Below, in pieces: positions 27,196 through 39,124 of a stretch of DNA of 64,000 nt. The stretch is from an uncultured virus (IMG/VR IMGVR_UViG_3300035145_003630). Taxonomy: Duplodnaviria > Heunggongvirae > Uroviricota > Caudoviricetes. Made by a program: the position numbers and the translations under genes. The stretch lies in the IMG/VR virus record IMGVR_UViG_3300035145_003630. The stretch is one strand, 5' to 3'. The notes below the pieces were generated by a model that was not told the DNA's origin, searched no databases, and worked only from the letters and a program-made list of their open reading frames with translations. Every line of letters starts with the position of its first letter. Positions within the stretch are counted from its first letter, which is position 1.

Positions 27196-27978
27196 CTATT
27201 CTTCTTTTAATTCATCTATTTTGATACTTTGGAAAGTGTAATTCATCACCTTCCTTTTGATTAATGATAATAAACATCCCTCTAAAGGAAAATTTTGATT
27301 GATATTAATTTCGAAAGTGGGGCTGTGACTAATATGTCTTTCTATTTTATCAATATCCCATGTATCTCCTTGAGGAAATATCTTACTTTTCTTACCATAA
27401 AGGTTATTAGTCTGAATAATATTCTGTATATTATCATCTTCACCTTCATAGATTAATTCAAAATTACATTTATTCTGAGATGTTTTATCCGTCATCTTTT
27501 TGATGACATACTGATAAACATAAGTAACTCCCTTGTATTTGAAATAAAAATATCCTCTTCCCTGTTTGTTTTCAACAATAGACTTTTCGTTCTCTATATT
27601 ACCAAAACTAATACTGTCATTTATAATCGACCACAAAGACTTTGCAACCATAAATAAATCTTTGAACCTATCACGAGCAAACTCAGCAATCTTTAGGATT
27701 TCTTGACTCTCCTCACCATCTCTTGTACGAATAGTATTATAGATTAAGTCGGTAAGTAATATCTCATCATCAATATCTTCAGGTTCTCTTTTCAATGTTA
27801 TGAACTGACCTTGGTCCAATACTCTCTGTGCACTGGTATACAATAGAGTTAGTTCCTGAAAAGCAGGGTATAACTCAAACTTCTCTAACTTGTCTCCTGT
27901 CTTCTTAACATAGTCAAGTATCAAATATTGTTTGTGCTCAAAATCTATTGGGTCTTGAATAATCCAGTCTAATTGCAT
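27196..27978 (-). CDS. hypothetical protein
   Basis: 260-aa ORF; W..DPIDFEHKQY..L motif. Confidence 0.8.
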   Translation of the reverse strand: MQLDWIIQDPIDFEHKQYLILDYVKKTGDKLEKFELYPAFQELTLLYTSAQRVLDQGQFITLKREPEDIDDEILLTDLIYNTIRTRDGEESQEILKIAEFARDRFKDLFMVAKSLWSIINDSISFGNIENEKSIVENKQGRGYFYFKYKGVTYVYQYVIKKMTDKTSQNKCNFELIYEGEDDNIQNIIQTNNLYGKKSKIFPQGDTWDIDKIERHISHSPTFEININQNFPLEGCLLSLIKRKVMNYTFQSIKIDELKEE

Positions 27979-28014
27979 CCGTAAAGTTTTTAGTAATATA
28001 AGTTATTGGAAGAA

Positions 28015-29610
28015 TTATTCAACAATAACTATGTGATACCACTCACCATTTATTAGTGATTCGTATACCTCACCATCCCAAGATGATAAAGCAGGACCCA
28101 CACCATCGTAATTAAGGGAATCTTCAATGAGCTCGTCAACATCAACAAAACCTTCAATGTCAAATCCATAGTCATTCAAGTAGTCAAGAGGGTTCTGTTT
28201 TACATCATACAACATATCTTGAACTTTGTTCTCTATCTGACCAACTGTCGGCTCACCTTCAGGATTGTTTTCTTCGTCTTCTATCTCTGATTCAATCTCA
28301 TGAATTCTTTCTTCGGCAAAACCAATCTCATCTTCATCTTCTGAATGATTAACAATATCATTCATTTCCTCAATCTCTTCTCTGAGTTTCTCAACCTTTT
28401 GTTGTTGTTCTTCAGATAAAGGTAGTTCGTCTTCATCAAAGTAAGACTGTGGGTCGTCATCAATCATTGACTCATATATCTCTTCAAAGTAATCCTCAAC
28501 CTTACCAGTATCTAAGTGTGATTCAATGAATCCTCTATTCCAACCTTCAATACCCATTTCATCCCAAAGATTTTGGTAGTAATCTTTGGCGGCTTCCCAC
28601 ACTTGGTCCCAATCACCTACAGCTATCTCTCTTCCTTGCTCATCTTCACCCAACCATTCAAAAGTTGATAGACCCATATGTCCGTGGTCCGCCGGTACTA
28701 AGTTATAAACACTTTCACCTTCACCCACTTCAACGTTCAATTCATCAAGTATGTTGAATACAGCATTAGCATGTATACCCATCTCATCAGGATTGTTATC
28801 AAGATTCCATTCGTCGTTTTCTTTACGTTCTCTTTGAGTTTGTAGTTTTTGTCTTGTTCTTTCTGCCTGTTGTTCCCTACGGATTCTTTCCATCTCAAGA
28901 CGTGCGGCTTCCTTATCTTTGAAAATCTCAATCTCTCTTTTGAATTTACTTTGAATATAGTCTTGGATGGCACCATTCATTTTGTTCCATTGTTCTGAAC
29001 CTAATATCCAACCTTCATTGAAGGCTTTATCAGGAGCATCATAAAATGTTTGGTTACCATCATATTTGTTTAGTAACGCAACTTTGTAAAAACGGTCCTG
29101 AGATTTGGCTTTCTTATCAATAATGTAGAACAACTTACCGTCTTGATTGTAACGGTCAAAGTGTGAAGAGCCGTTCATAGATGCAGTACACCATTTGGTT
29201 CCAGCACCATAATAACAACTCGTTTTGTGATTCTTTGGTGTTACAATAACAAACCTATCATCCTCATATACTTGGTCAGCACCTTCCAACTCTTTAACCT
29301 GTCTTCTAACTTTGTTTTCGTGTTGGTCAATCTCATCTTGAATAGATTGAAGACTATCAAATAAGTAAATGTCTTTCGTTGGTAATACCTTTTGGTATTT
29401 CACGAAGTTCTGAATGAGGTCTCTGGTCTTATTTATATCTACCTTACCCGTTTCCAACACCTTACCTAAGAACATTAAGAACTTATGGTTGGATGCCAAA
29501 TCACGAGATAACATGAAGATATCTTTCAACTCTTCACCAGTAAACTTATCCCTAAACTTATTTAAGAAATCATCTTTTCTACCCTCAAGTAATATCTGAC
29601 TAAGACTCAT
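28015..29610 (-). CDS. hypothetical phage protein (YG.GTKWCT motif, acidic C-terminus)
   Basis: 531-aa ORF; KDI..F, SCYYGAGTKWCT; TATTTATA upstream. Confidence 0.8.
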   Translation of the reverse strand: MSLSQILLEGRKDDFLNKFRDKFTGEELKDIFMLSRDLASNHKFLMFLGKVLETGKVDINKTRDLIQNFVKYQKVLPTKDIYLFDSLQSIQDEIDQHENKVRRQVKELEGADQVYEDDRFVIVTPKNHKTSCYYGAGTKWCTASMNGSSHFDRYNQDGKLFYIIDKKAKSQDRFYKVALLNKYDGNQTFYDAPDKAFNEGWILGSEQWNKMNGAIQDYIQSKFKREIEIFKDKEAARLEMERIRREQQAERTRQKLQTQRERKENDEWNLDNNPDEMGIHANAVFNILDELNVEVGEGESVYNLVPADHGHMGLSTFEWLGEDEQGREIAVGDWDQVWEAAKDYYQNLWDEMGIEGWNRGFIESHLDTGKVEDYFEEIYESMIDDDPQSYFDEDELPLSEEQQQKVEKLREEIEEMNDIVNHSEDEDEIGFAEERIHEIESEIEDEENNPEGEPTVGQIENKVQDMLYDVKQNPLDYLNDYGFDIEGFVDVDELIEDSLNYDGVGPALSSWDGEVYESLINGEWYHIVIVE

Positions 29611-29635
29611 ACATTATCGTTTACTATAAATACTC

Positions 29636-30274
29636 TTACTTCCAAGAATCTTTATCGTAACCAAACTTAATGAAGTATTCTTTCATGTTGTCAAAAACAA
29701 TATCTGCAACTTCTTGATTATAATAGAGTTGGTATTTCTGAAATCTACCCTCATATTCATCATATGGTGATTCATTTTTATAACGATTATGATAAACAAA
29801 TTCATTAATTACTTCATTCATTTTTTCATCTTCATTAAAGAAAGGTAATTTTCGTAAATCATCATCCATTGTTTCCAAATGAATAATATATTCAGGTTCT
29901 TTATGAAATGTTTTCCATTTATTTAAGAAAAAAGGGTCTTCTCTTTGAAGGGACTCTTCATGAAAGTAATGATTGATAAGATAATCTTTGAAATCTAAAG
30001 ACTTTCCCTTTTGTTTATATTCTGTAAGAATATCTAAGTATCCTGATACCACCAACGAGTAGGGATTTCTTACATTACATATAACAGGCCAATCTTCCTT
30101 ACCTTTCGGAAATCCGTGGTGATGGGTAAATGACCCTCCTTGGTTGTTGTACATCTTTTCAACATTATTATATAGGTCGTCAGCACCTAACTCTGTCAAT
30201 GATGTTGCAGTGGCTCGAGAACCACATCCCGCTGTTCCCCACCAAATAAATTTATATTTGTCACTTGTATTCAT
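29636..30274 (-). CDS. sulfotransferase-family protein
   Basis: degenerate 5'-PSB (GTAGCGS), VRNPYS.VVS.Y 3'-PB, C-terminal YY...D.V...F..FGY. Confidence 0.7.
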   Translation of the reverse strand: MNTSDKYKFIWWGTAGCGSRATATSLTELGADDLYNNVEKMYNNQGGSFTHHHGFPKGKEDWPVICNVRNPYSLVVSGYLDILTEYKQKGKSLDFKDYLINHYFHEESLQREDPFFLNKWKTFHKEPEYIIHLETMDDDLRKLPFFNEDEKMNEVINEFVYHNRYKNESPYDEYEGRFQKYQLYYNQEVADIVFDNMKEYFIKFGYDKDSWK

Positions 30275-30347
30275 GTTTACAGATATTGTATTTTACATAT
30301 ATTTATAACTGAATAATAAACTTAAACTATTTTAAAGAAACAATATT

Positions 30348-30473
30348 ATGGGATGTGGTTGTAAAAACAAACAAAGTGCACAGACTCAGTCACAGACTCA
30401 GTCTCAAACTACTCAAACTCAGGTACAAAACGCCATCAAGAAGACTGTTGAGAAATACTACGAAAAGAAGTAG
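30348..30473 (+). CDS. 41-aa peptide with MGCGCK N-terminus
   Basis: manual translation; TATTTATA at 30300 and hairpin+T terminator at 30498-30526. Confidence 0.65.
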   Translation: MGCGCKNKQSAQTQSQTQSQTTQTQVQNAIKKTVEKYYEKK

Positions 30474-30549
30474 TATTAAAAAAACTAACACATAATTGAA
30501 GGGAGGAATTATTTCTCCCTTTTTTTGTATTTATAGTAAAACAATAACA

Positions 30550-31524
30550 ATGGACTTAATCCAATTCTTAGAAGATAACGACCTCGGGGATTTCATCGCG
30601 AAGTATTTCAATGGTAATTCCGATGCGTTTATGAAATTCTTGAAATCCAAAGACCTATTGGGTGAAATGTTAGACCACCTTATTCAAGAAGGTTATTTAA
30701 CTGAGGCGATGAACGCCTACTATGAGGATGACCCTAAGTTTGTTGTTGAGTTTCTTCTTGGTTACCTTGACGATGTTACTATGGATGGTAACAAATATTG
30801 GATGAGGATTGACCGTGAGGATTTATCAAAATTCTTTGAGGATAATAGAGACAACTCACAAGGTTTATCTAAGTTAATTCTACAAGATGATACACCTTTC
30901 TTAGATATAGTTTCAGGAATATATAACCTTCAGAGTTTCATTGAAGTGCTTTCTCCTGAGAATGTTAATTATTTGAAACAATCTGTTTACAAAGAAGTTG
31001 AAGGTAAAGAAGTTGAAGTGAACGATATCAAAGACATTGTAACCCTTGACCTTATTAATAATATGGATGACGATGAACTATCTGCATTTATCAAAGAAAA
31101 TGCTCCTGATGTTTTACAAGAATTAGAAAATATTCATAGATACGCTGAGGAATCGGCAATCTATGATGAGTTGTATGACGATGTGATGAATGGACTAAGA
31201 AATTTATTTGAGGAACACTTCTTCATGCGTGAGGTTCCTTATAAAAGAAAGACTTACAAAGCCGGCACCAATCAACCTATTGAAGTTGACGATACATATA
31301 CTGAAGTTAACGTGACAAATATATTACCAAGAGTAATTAAAGGGGTATTAGATTGGGGTGGTTACCAAAGTGATAATGACTTTGAATATTATGGAAGTCT
31401 TGAAAGTCTGTTAGAAGATTACTTAAATGAAGAGAATGAATTAATTCATGTTAGTTGGCCTGAATGGGCAGATGATGAAAGAGTAACAGAATTCATCAAT
31501 GACAACTTCCAAGATTATCTATAA
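30550..31524 (+). CDS. acidic hypothetical protein
   Basis: start set at ATG 30550 after TATTTATA (30528). Confidence 0.78.
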   Translation: MDLIQFLEDNDLGDFIAKYFNGNSDAFMKFLKSKDLLGEMLDHLIQEGYLTEAMNAYYEDDPKFVVEFLLGYLDDVTMDGNKYWMRIDREDLSKFFEDNRDNSQGLSKLILQDDTPFLDIVSGIYNLQSFIEVLSPENVNYLKQSVYKEVEGKEVEVNDIKDIVTLDLINNMDDDELSAFIKENAPDVLQELENIHRYAEESAIYDELYDDVMNGLRNLFEEHFFMREVPYKRKTYKAGTNQPIEVDDTYTEVNVTNILPRVIKGVLDWGGYQSDNDFEYYGSLESLLEDYLNEENELIHVSWPEWADDERVTEFINDNFQDYL

Positions 31525-31575
31525 AATCATATTTTCTTTATAACCTTTTGATTTATCTTTTACAAAAAAGATATT

Positions 31576-32154
31576 ATGAGAGTTAACTCCTTAGTCATTG
31601 ATGATTTTTATAACAACCCATATGAGGTAAGAGAATTTGCATTGGAACAAGACTTCAATGTTGAAGGGAACTTTCCTGGTTACAGAACATTACCATTTGC
31701 CAACGATTCAATCAAAGAAACTATTGGTAATGTTATTAGACCTTTTGCAGGAGAAATAACATGGTGGGGTGGTGAATATACAGGAGCGTTTCAATACACC
31801 ACCGCACAAGACCGTTCGTGGATTCACTCCGACTCTTATACTGATTGGGCGGGTGTTTTATATTTAACACCTGATGCACCAATCACCGCAGGAACAGGAA
31901 TATTCAAACACAAACACTCAGGTTTGATGCATTGGGATTATGCACTCCATGAAAATGATGACTACGACCCACAATCACCAATGGAAACAGCAAAAGACAT
32001 AACAAAATGGGATTTAGTAGATAGGTTTGGTAATATTTTCAATAGGTTAATACTTTACAGAGCGGATAATTTCCATATATCTTTAGATTACTTTGGTAAA
32101 GACCTAAACGACGGACGACTATTTCAAGTCTTCTTCTTTAATACAGAAAACTAA
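31576..32154 (+). CDS. 2OG-Fe(II) oxygenase-like protein (DUF6445-like)
   Basis: VIDDFY.NP, WIHSD, WAGVLYLTP, FNRLILY..D.FH, RLFQVFF. Confidence 0.85.
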   Translation: MRVNSLVIDDFYNNPYEVREFALEQDFNVEGNFPGYRTLPFANDSIKETIGNVIRPFAGEITWWGGEYTGAFQYTTAQDRSWIHSDSYTDWAGVLYLTPDAPITAGTGIFKHKHSGLMHWDYALHENDDYDPQSPMETAKDITKWDLVDRFGNIFNRLILYRADNFHISLDYFGKDLNDGRLFQVFFFNTEN

Positions 32155-32156
32155 TA

Positions 32157-32888
32157 ATGAAAAACTTCTTTAATCAACCTTTATTGAACCCCGAACACAA
32201 CGTTAACTCTTTACGAGAAGAGTTTGAGAAAAATAGAGTTGTCGTTATCAAGGATTTTTTGAATCCTGTAATCGCTGAAAGACTACACACATGGTTTACT
32301 GAAGAGATGCCGAAAGATTGGTGGAGAATATCTTCGTACCCAAAATTGGATGGAGGTGATGGTTTCGACTTGGTTCCTTTCGATGATACGTTTAGTGAAG
32401 ATATCAGAACTATGTATACACATGCCATCACTAACTTCAAAGATAATAAGTTTTCATACAACTTTCATAGAACAATCAATGACCATGAAGATACATGTGA
32501 TTGTTACGAATGTGGTTTTAGAGAGGCTTTAATAAGTACTGAGATACTAAATTTCTTGAACGGTGTTACCAATCAAGGATTAACTGATACTGATGAAGTA
32601 TTCGGTGCGGTGTATTTACCTGGTGACTTTTTATCACCACACCAAGACTCACCTAACGGAACATTAGGTTTTGTATTACAACTTACAAAAGATTGGAAAC
32701 CTCAATTCGGGGGTAACTTACACTTTATGGATGGTCCTGATGGTAACGTAGAAAGAATTGAGGTACCTCAGTTTAATACTCTTACAATTTTTGATTTACC
32801 TAAAGGTGTTGGTAAGTGGCATTATGTATCCACAGTATCACCAGGTGTTGAAGAATTAAGACTCACCTATACGGGCTGGTATAAATAA
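32157..32888 (+). CDS. 2OG-Fe(II) oxygenase (prolyl-hydroxylase-like)
   Basis: Y.PGDFLSPHQD, W....GG.L, P.FN.L..F, HYVS.V, RL..TGW. Confidence 0.85.
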   Translation: MKNFFNQPLLNPEHNVNSLREEFEKNRVVVIKDFLNPVIAERLHTWFTEEMPKDWWRISSYPKLDGGDGFDLVPFDDTFSEDIRTMYTHAITNFKDNKFSYNFHRTINDHEDTCDCYECGFREALISTEILNFLNGVTNQGLTDTDEVFGAVYLPGDFLSPHQDSPNGTLGFVLQLTKDWKPQFGGNLHFMDGPDGNVERIEVPQFNTLTIFDLPKGVGKWHYVSTVSPGVEELRLTYTGWYK

Positions 32889-33317
32889 GTCAGGACGTAT
32901 AAAGATTGACAATTCGGTCAATGTCTCCACACAATAACACTTTGAATAAGATGTTTCATAATCGTTTTTACTTTTAAATGCAAGTATCAACGGTTGGAAT
33001 ATCTTATCAAAGTCTTTCCATAATAAATCATAATTAATACCACACTCCATTACCAAATCATAAACCTCATGGTGATAAGATTCAACAATTTTAATGTCGG
33101 GGTATTCGTTTTCAAACATGACCAATTGATTAGGTATGTCTATACCTTTTAACTTATCATGTTTTTTGACATAAGAAGGATATAAAGCAAGGTGGTCGTA
33201 AAACCTTTGAGATTCTTCGTCATATTCACCTTGCTTCATAAAGTAAACCATTAAAATAAATGGTTCTCCTCCCTCAAATAATTCGTGGTAGTTTTCTTTA
33301 TCGTACCTAACAAACAT
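32856..33317 (-). CDS. hypothetical protein
   Basis: 153-aa ORF following oxygenase 33319..33936. Confidence 0.65.
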   Translation of the reverse strand: MFVRYDKENYHELFEGGEPFILMVYFMKQGEYDEESQRFYDHLALYPSYVKKHDKLKGIDIPNQLVMFENEYPDIKIVESYHHEVYDLVMECGINYDLLWKDFDKIFQPLILAFKSKNDYETSYSKCYCVETLTELSIFIRPDLFIPARIGES

Positions 33318-33318
33318 A

Positions 33319-33936
33319 TTATTTATAGTTAGGTCCTGAAATCCAAGCCACCAATGATTTTCTATTACCTTCAGTGACAGGCAACACTCTGTGTAAGATG
33401 AATGACGGGAAGATAATTACCCCACCTTTTTTCTTCGGTAATACTAAGTCTCTCGAACCAACTTTGAGTTCTACGTCTCCACCAACATAATCTTCTTCAT
33501 CACTCAACTGAATAATGATTGATAGTTTCCTGTGTGATACACCTGGACCGATGTCAGCATGCCATGAGTAATGACCCTCTTGTTCACCAAAGTATTGTGT
33601 ATACTGTAACGTATCACCAAAACCAATGAGGTCAAAGTTCCATCTCATTTCTTCATTAGCTTCCAATGTACCCAAAGCTAAACGGTCAAAAATCCATCTT
33701 GTATTATCACTAATATCAATCCAACCTACGGTACTCTTTCTAATTTCAGGTACTATGTGAAGACCGTCTTCACCACCACCAACTTCACCTTCCGATTTTT
33801 CTGTTAGTTCACCCCATTGGATAATGTAATCCAATTCTTCTTCTGTGAATAAATTTTCGAAATAATAATAGTGTAAGTGTTCGACCATTCTGTTTCTGTA
33901 GTAATCTACAAATGGGTCTGAGTAAATGTATTCCAT
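33319..33936 (-). CDS. 2OG-Fe(II) oxygenase (PKHD/P4H-like)
   Basis: HYSWHAD, RKLS, YVGG, FPSFILHRVLPVTEGNRKSLVAW. Confidence 0.9.
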   Translation of the reverse strand: MEYIYSDPFVDYYRNRMVEHLHYYYFENLFTEEELDYIIQWGELTEKSEGEVGGGEDGLHIVPEIRKSTVGWIDISDNTRWIFDRLALGTLEANEEMRWNFDLIGFGDTLQYTQYFGEQEGHYSWHADIGPGVSHRKLSIIIQLSDEEDYVGGDVELKVGSRDLVLPKKKGGVIIFPSFILHRVLPVTEGNRKSLVAWISGPNYK

Positions 33937-33991
33937 AACTTTAATTTTTACAAATATAGATTATTTTTTAGTCAAAATAAAGTAGACGATA

Positions 33992-35476
33992 ATGAAAATT
34001 GTAGACACATTTATGTTGAATGGTGAACTCGACTTATTAGAGTTCAGGTTGGAGTATTTATACGACCACGTAGACCACTTTGTATTAGTGGAATCAAACG
34101 TCACACATAGAGGTACACCCAAACCTATATTCTATTCTTTGTATAAGGATAGGTTTGAAAAGTATCAAGATAAAATTACACACATCATCACCACTGACAT
34201 CCCTAAAAAGGTCCATTTATCAGACTTAGTCAAAAACCCATTTTGTGAGGGTGATGATTACATCTACCGTGAACAACTTCAAAGAAGTGAAATCTTGGAC
34301 GGTTTAAGAGAGTTGGAATTGGACTATGAAGATATTGTATTGGTTTCAAATATTGATGAGTTACCGAGTATCCAATCTTTTGATAAACTCCCTCAGTTCT
34401 TATCTATATCACCATTGAAGTATAAACAGAAGTGGTTGGTTTGGAACCACACGATGAAAAGACGTAGAAAGTGGCAAGGAACTTGTGCATTTCAATACAC
34501 CCATTTAATTCAAAATCCTAACGAAATAAATTCTATGCGTTTGGTGGACGTAGAAGAATACCCCAACGAATATTTTACTTTGGAATCTGGATGGCACTTG
34601 AATTGGTTCAATGGTGTAGACTCATGTATCAGTAAAATATATTCCACTTCTTTGAGAGACAGAGACCAACATTTTTACTTTAGGAGAAAGAGTTTCAGGG
34701 ACTTAGCTCTCGATAAAAGATATCCGAGTATTAATACTTCCCATATTGAATCTTTGGAACCAACCTCAAAATCTGAATTACCTGAAAAGTATGAATTACT
34801 CCCATTCTTTGACCCAACAAAAGAACCTGTTGTTTATGACAGTTTCATCTATAATGGAGAGAAAGAAGCACTATTGATTAGATTATACGAATTATACAAT
34901 ACTGTTGACTACTTTATCATCCTCGAAGGAAACTATAATTCAGATTTCAAATTCAGTGAATTAAAAGATGAAGTTTCAGAATACGATGATAAAATAATCT
35001 ATGTACAGTTGGAAGACTATACAAATGTTTCAACCTCAGTTGAAGAACATGAAATCAATATGTTACAAAAGACTTTAGAATTTTTAGAGTTGAAAGATAA
35101 TGACTTCATATACTATTCCCAAATAGAGTGTATACCTTCATATGAAACATTAGAAGTAAATTACTTTGATTTTGATAGGTACGAATTAGAATTTGTGTCT
35201 TTGAAAATGAGATGGTTTTTTGAGGATTTTGAACACGAACTTAATGATGATTATTACGGAACTATACTAACCACATGGGGTAATCTAAAAGACTCGTCTC
35301 TTTACAATTTTTACATGTCGAGAGACGAGTCAGTATATTCTATCATTCAATTTAGAGGATGGTATCTATGTAACTTCTTTAAGAACGAATACTCACTTTA
35401 TGAAAGTGATGTTATCCAAGAAGTTAGTGATTGGGATTACTTCCCTCAGTACTTTGAAGATTACCTCTTAGATTAA
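33992..35476 (+). CDS. GT17-like glycosyltransferase, tandem duplicated domain
   Basis: two copies of D.F..NGE...L..RL..LY..VD.F...E; GWHL.W and GWYL motifs. Confidence 0.78.
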   Translation: MKIVDTFMLNGELDLLEFRLEYLYDHVDHFVLVESNVTHRGTPKPIFYSLYKDRFEKYQDKITHIITTDIPKKVHLSDLVKNPFCEGDDYIYREQLQRSEILDGLRELELDYEDIVLVSNIDELPSIQSFDKLPQFLSISPLKYKQKWLVWNHTMKRRRKWQGTCAFQYTHLIQNPNEINSMRLVDVEEYPNEYFTLESGWHLNWFNGVDSCISKIYSTSLRDRDQHFYFRRKSFRDLALDKRYPSINTSHIESLEPTSKSELPEKYELLPFFDPTKEPVVYDSFIYNGEKEALLIRLYELYNTVDYFIILEGNYNSDFKFSELKDEVSEYDDKIIYVQLEDYTNVSTSVEEHEINMLQKTLEFLELKDNDFIYYSQIECIPSYETLEVNYFDFDRYELEFVSLKMRWFFEDFEHELNDDYYGTILTTWGNLKDSSLYNFYMSRDESVYSIIQFRGWYLCNFFKNEYSLYESDVIQEVSDWDYFPQYFEDYLLD

Positions 35477-38400
35477 TCCCTTTTCTCTTGCTCTATTTTC
35501 TAAATCTACTACTTGTAACTCTTTTGTTACGAGTAGTTTGTTTTGCTGTTGAAGTGCTTCTGTAAGTACCGCAATCATAATTGGGTAGTTTACTAACTTA
35601 GTACCGTCAGGTGATTCTGACACTGCCTGTGGGAAATATTCTTCAACTTCCTGTGCAATGAAACCGACTGTCGGCGCATCTGTCGCTTCTTGAGGTACTC
35701 CATTTACAATCTCTCTCCATTGGAAACTAACCCCTCTCATCTTTAAGATACGGTCTAACGCATCTTCAATCTGTCTATAGTTTTTCTTCAACCTTCTATC
35801 TGAAGGTGGTCCTGGAGGACCAGCATAACCTTTAGGTCCTTTATTACCCTGTGGTCCGATGTAACCCTTAGGTCCTTGTGCACCTGGACTGGCCGCAGGT
35901 CCTTGTGAACCGTATGGCCCTCTGGCACCTTTATTACCTTTAGGACCTGTAGAACCTCTATCACCTTGTCCACCAGGAGCACCAACATAACCTTTGTCCC
36001 CTGTCGGACCTGTAGAACCGTTAGGACCCACTGGTGATGCACCTGTTGAACCACCTGGTCCTTGGTCCCCTTGTGGACCTCTGAAACCTTTAGGTCCTTT
36101 ATATCCTGTTGGTCCTTTTGGACCTGGGTTGGCATTACCTTTATTTCCTTTAACAGTATTTGCAGGACCTTTTTCACCTACATCACCTTGGTCGATTGGC
36201 CCTTTATAACCTTTGACCCCTTTTGTCCCAGGTACACCTGTTGCACCACCTGGACCTGGATTGTTAGCACCTGTAGCACCACCATCACCAATAGGTCCTC
36301 TATCACCTTGGACACCTCTATAACCTTGTACCTTTGGTCCTTTGTCACCAGTAGGTCCTTGTGGTGAATTACCTTGAACCCCTTTAATACCTTTAGGTGA
36401 ATTTCCTTGAGGACCTTTCGCACCTCTATAACCTTTAACACCGATATAACCTTTAGGCCCTTTAGCACCTTTATCACCCGTACCGCCCGTCGCACCTCTG
36501 TTACCTGTAGCACCTTTATATCCTGTAGGTCCTTTTGGTCCGTCAGGTGCTGTTGGTCCTTTATAACCTTTTGGTCCTTTGGTTGTTGAGGCAGGTCCTT
36601 TATCACCTTTTTGACCGAGGTCCATTGGTCCTTTATAACCTTTGACACCCTTATCACCTGTTGGTCCTGTAGGTCCTTTTGGCCCTGTATTATTGGCACC
36701 TGTTGGTCCTGTCGAACCTTGCGGTCCTCTGTCCCCTTGTGGACCTTGAGGTGATGCCCCTGTTGAACCACCTGGCCCTTGTGGTGAATCACCTGTTGAA
36801 CCACCTGGTCCTTGCGGTGAATTACCTGTAGGTCCTTTATTACCTTGGGTACCTTTATAACCCTTCGGTCCTTTAGCACCGACACCACCTTTATATCCTT
36901 TTGGTCCTTTTGGTCCTGTTGGTGCGACTGGTCCTTTGATACCTTTTGGTCCTGTTGGTGCAGTTGGTCCTTTATCACCACCTGGTCCTGTAGAACCTGT
37001 CGGACCTTTAGGTCCAACGTTGGCATAACCTTTAGGTCCTTTTGGACCTGGATTCGGTGCTCCGACTGGACCCCTCGCACCTTGAGTAGAATCACCTACA
37101 CCACCTTGTGGTCCCTGACCACCAGTATTACCTCGTGGTCCTTGAGGAGAGTCCCCCGTAGAACCTCCTGGTCCTTGCGGTGAATTACCTATATAACCTT
37201 GTGGACCTTTAGGTGAACTTCCTTGAGTACCTTTGTTACCCTTGGCTCCTTTGAAACCTTTTGGACCTTTTGGTCCGTCAGCACCTGTAGCACCTCTATT
37301 ACCTTTTGGTCCGTCGTTTCCTGTCGGTCCCTTATCACCACCACCACCTGCTGGTGCAGTTGGTCCTTTATCACCACCAGGACCTGTTGACCCTGTTGGA
37401 CCTTTTGGACCTACGTTAGCATATCCTTTAGGACCTTTTGGACCTGGATTTGCATCACCTGTTGGTCCTCTACCACCTTGAGTGGAGTCACCCACACCAC
37501 CTTGAGCACCTTGTCCTCCACGAGGACCTTGTGGACCCTGAGGTGATGCACCTGTTGAACCACCACCACCTTGCGGTGAGTTCCCTTGTGCACCTTTATT
37601 ACCTTTTGGTGAATTACCTTGAGCACCTTTTTGACCCTTATTACCTTTGGTACCTTTATTACCTTTCGAACCAACTCCCCCTTTGAAACCCTTCAAACCT
37701 TTCGGTCCATCGTTTCCTGTAGGTCCCTTATCACCAGCACTTCCTGCCGGTGCTGTTGGTCCCTTATCTCCACCAGGACCTGTCGGACCTGTTGAACCAC
37801 CTGGTCCCTGATTAGTATCACCAATTGGACCTTTAGCACCAGGATTAGAATCACCCTGAGGTCCTTTTGGACCTGGATTTGCGTCACCTGTTGTACCTCT
37901 GTTACCTTTTGTTGAATCACCAACACCACCTTGAGCACCTTGAGCTCCTTGACCACCCTGTGGTCCTTGAGGTGATGCACCTGTTGCACCCTGTGGTCCT
38001 TGTGGTGAATCTCCTGTGGAACCACCACCACCTTGTGGAGAAGAACCTATAAAACCTTTAGGACCCTTAGGTGAACTACCCTGAGCACCTTTTTGTCCTT
38101 TATTACCTTTAGTACCTTTGATACCTTTGGCTCCAGTACCCCCTTTAACACCTTTGACACCCTTAGGACCATCGTTTCCTGTAGGTCCTTTGATACCCTT
38201 GGCTCCTTGTGCACCTTTCTGACCTTTCTGACCTTTATCACCAGTCGGTCCTTTGTCACCACCTGAACCAACAACTGGTTCACCTTTTTGTCCTTTGTCA
38301 CCTGTATGGTTATCACCCGCACCACCTTGAGGTCCTTGTGTCGATGCTCCTGTAGGCCCTGTTGGTCCTGTCGAACCACCTGCACCGTTATCACCTACAC

Positions 38401-39124
38401 CACCTTGAGGTGAGTTACCCTGAAAACCTTTATCTCCTTTTGGTGAATCACCACCGTCACCAGTGGCACCTTTGGTGGATGAACCTTGTGGACCTTTAGC
38501 ACCTTGTGGGGAGTTACCCTGAGAACCCTTTGTACCCTTTTGACCTTTTTGACCTGCTTCACCTTTGAAACCTTTGAGACCTTTCGTACCTTTTTGTCCT
38601 TTGTCTCCGTCTAAAGCAATTTCACCTTTCTGACCTTTATCTCCTGTAGCACCTTTGAGACCCTTTTGTCCTTTTTCACCAACAGAACCTTGTGAACCGG
38701 GTGAACCTGGTCCACCCTTTGGACCCTTTTGTCCTTTCTCAGCAGAAAGGGAAGCCCCTTTTGTACCTTTTGTTCCTTTATCACCAGTAGGACCTTTATC
38801 TCCTTGGTCTGCTGTTGATGCTGTAGGACCAGCAATACCTTTGACACCTTTTTGACCTGTAGCGTTTACGGCCGCTGGACCTTGCCACACACCTGAAGAA
38901 TCAATTCTATCAGTACCACCAATTTTTACTTTACCACTACCCTCGACGTTGAATCGAGAGTCTGTTTCATATAATGGATTTTTTCTGAGTATAATTGCAT
39001 TATCTGTTCCCGCAAATGATAATGTATCAGCACTTGCAACATATGTAAGATTTATTGCCGATGCGGTACTTCCAGAAAACTGAAATACACCTTCACCTGG
39101 TACTATTCTAATATTCTTACCCAT
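35468..39124 (-). CDS. collagen-like fibre protein with C-terminal intramolecular chaperone (peptidase S74)
   Basis: about 1000 aa of Gly-[10 protein letters not shown]...[12 protein letters not shown]. Confidence 0.92.
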   Translation of the reverse strand: MGKNIRIVPGEGVFQFSGSTASAINLTYVASADTLSFAGTDNAIILRKNPLYETDSRFNVEGSGKVKIGGTDRIDSSGVWQGPAAVNATGQKGVKGIAGPTASTADQGDKGPTGDKGTKGTKGASLSAEKGQKGPKGGPGSPGSQGSVGEKGQKGLKGATGDKGQKGEIALDGDKGQKGTKGLKGFKGEAGQKGQKGTKGSQGNSPQGAKGPQGSSTKGATGDGGDSPKGDKGFQGNSPQGGVGDNGAGGSTGPTGPTGASTQGPQGGAGDNHTGDKGQKGEPVVGSGGDKGPTGDKGQKGQKGAQGAKGIKGPTGNDGPKGVKGVKGGTGAKGIKGTKGNKGQKGAQGSSPKGPKGFIGSSPQGGGGSTGDSPQGPQGATGASPQGPQGGQGAQGAQGGVGDSTKGNRGTTGDANPGPKGPQGDSNPGAKGPIGDTNQGPGGSTGPTGPGGDKGPTAPAGSAGDKGPTGNDGPKGLKGFKGGVGSKGNKGTKGNKGQKGAQGNSPKGNKGAQGNSPQGGGGSTGASPQGPQGPRGGQGAQGGVGDSTQGGRGPTGDANPGPKGPKGYANVGPKGPTGSTGPGGDKGPTAPAGGGGDKGPTGNDGPKGNRGATGADGPKGPKGFKGAKGNKGTQGSSPKGPQGYIGNSPQGPGGSTGDSPQGPRGNTGGQGPQGGVGDSTQGARGPVGAPNPGPKGPKGYANVGPKGPTGSTGPGGDKGPTAPTGPKGIKGPVAPTGPKGPKGYKGGVGAKGPKGYKGTQGNKGPTGNSPQGPGGSTGDSPQGPGGSTGASPQGPQGDRGPQGSTGPTGANNTGPKGPTGPTGDKGVKGYKGPMDLGQKGDKGPASTTKGPKGYKGPTAPDGPKGPTGYKGATGNRGATGGTGDKGAKGPKGYIGVKGYRGAKGPQGNSPKGIKGVQGNSPQGPTGDKGPKVQGYRGVQGDRGPIGDGGATGANNPGPGGATGVPGTKGVKGYKGPIDQGDVGEKGPANTVKGNKGNANPGPKGPTGYKGPKGFRGPQGDQGPGGSTGASPVGPNGSTGPTGDKGYVGAPGGQGDRGSTGPKGNKGARGPYGSQGPAASPGAQGPKGYIGPQGNKGPKGYAGPPGPPSDRRLKKNYRQIEDALDRILKMRGVSFQWREIVNGVPQEATDAPTVGFIAQEVEEYFPQAVSESPDGTKLVNYPIMIAVLTEALQQQNKLLVTKELQVVDLENRAREKGLI

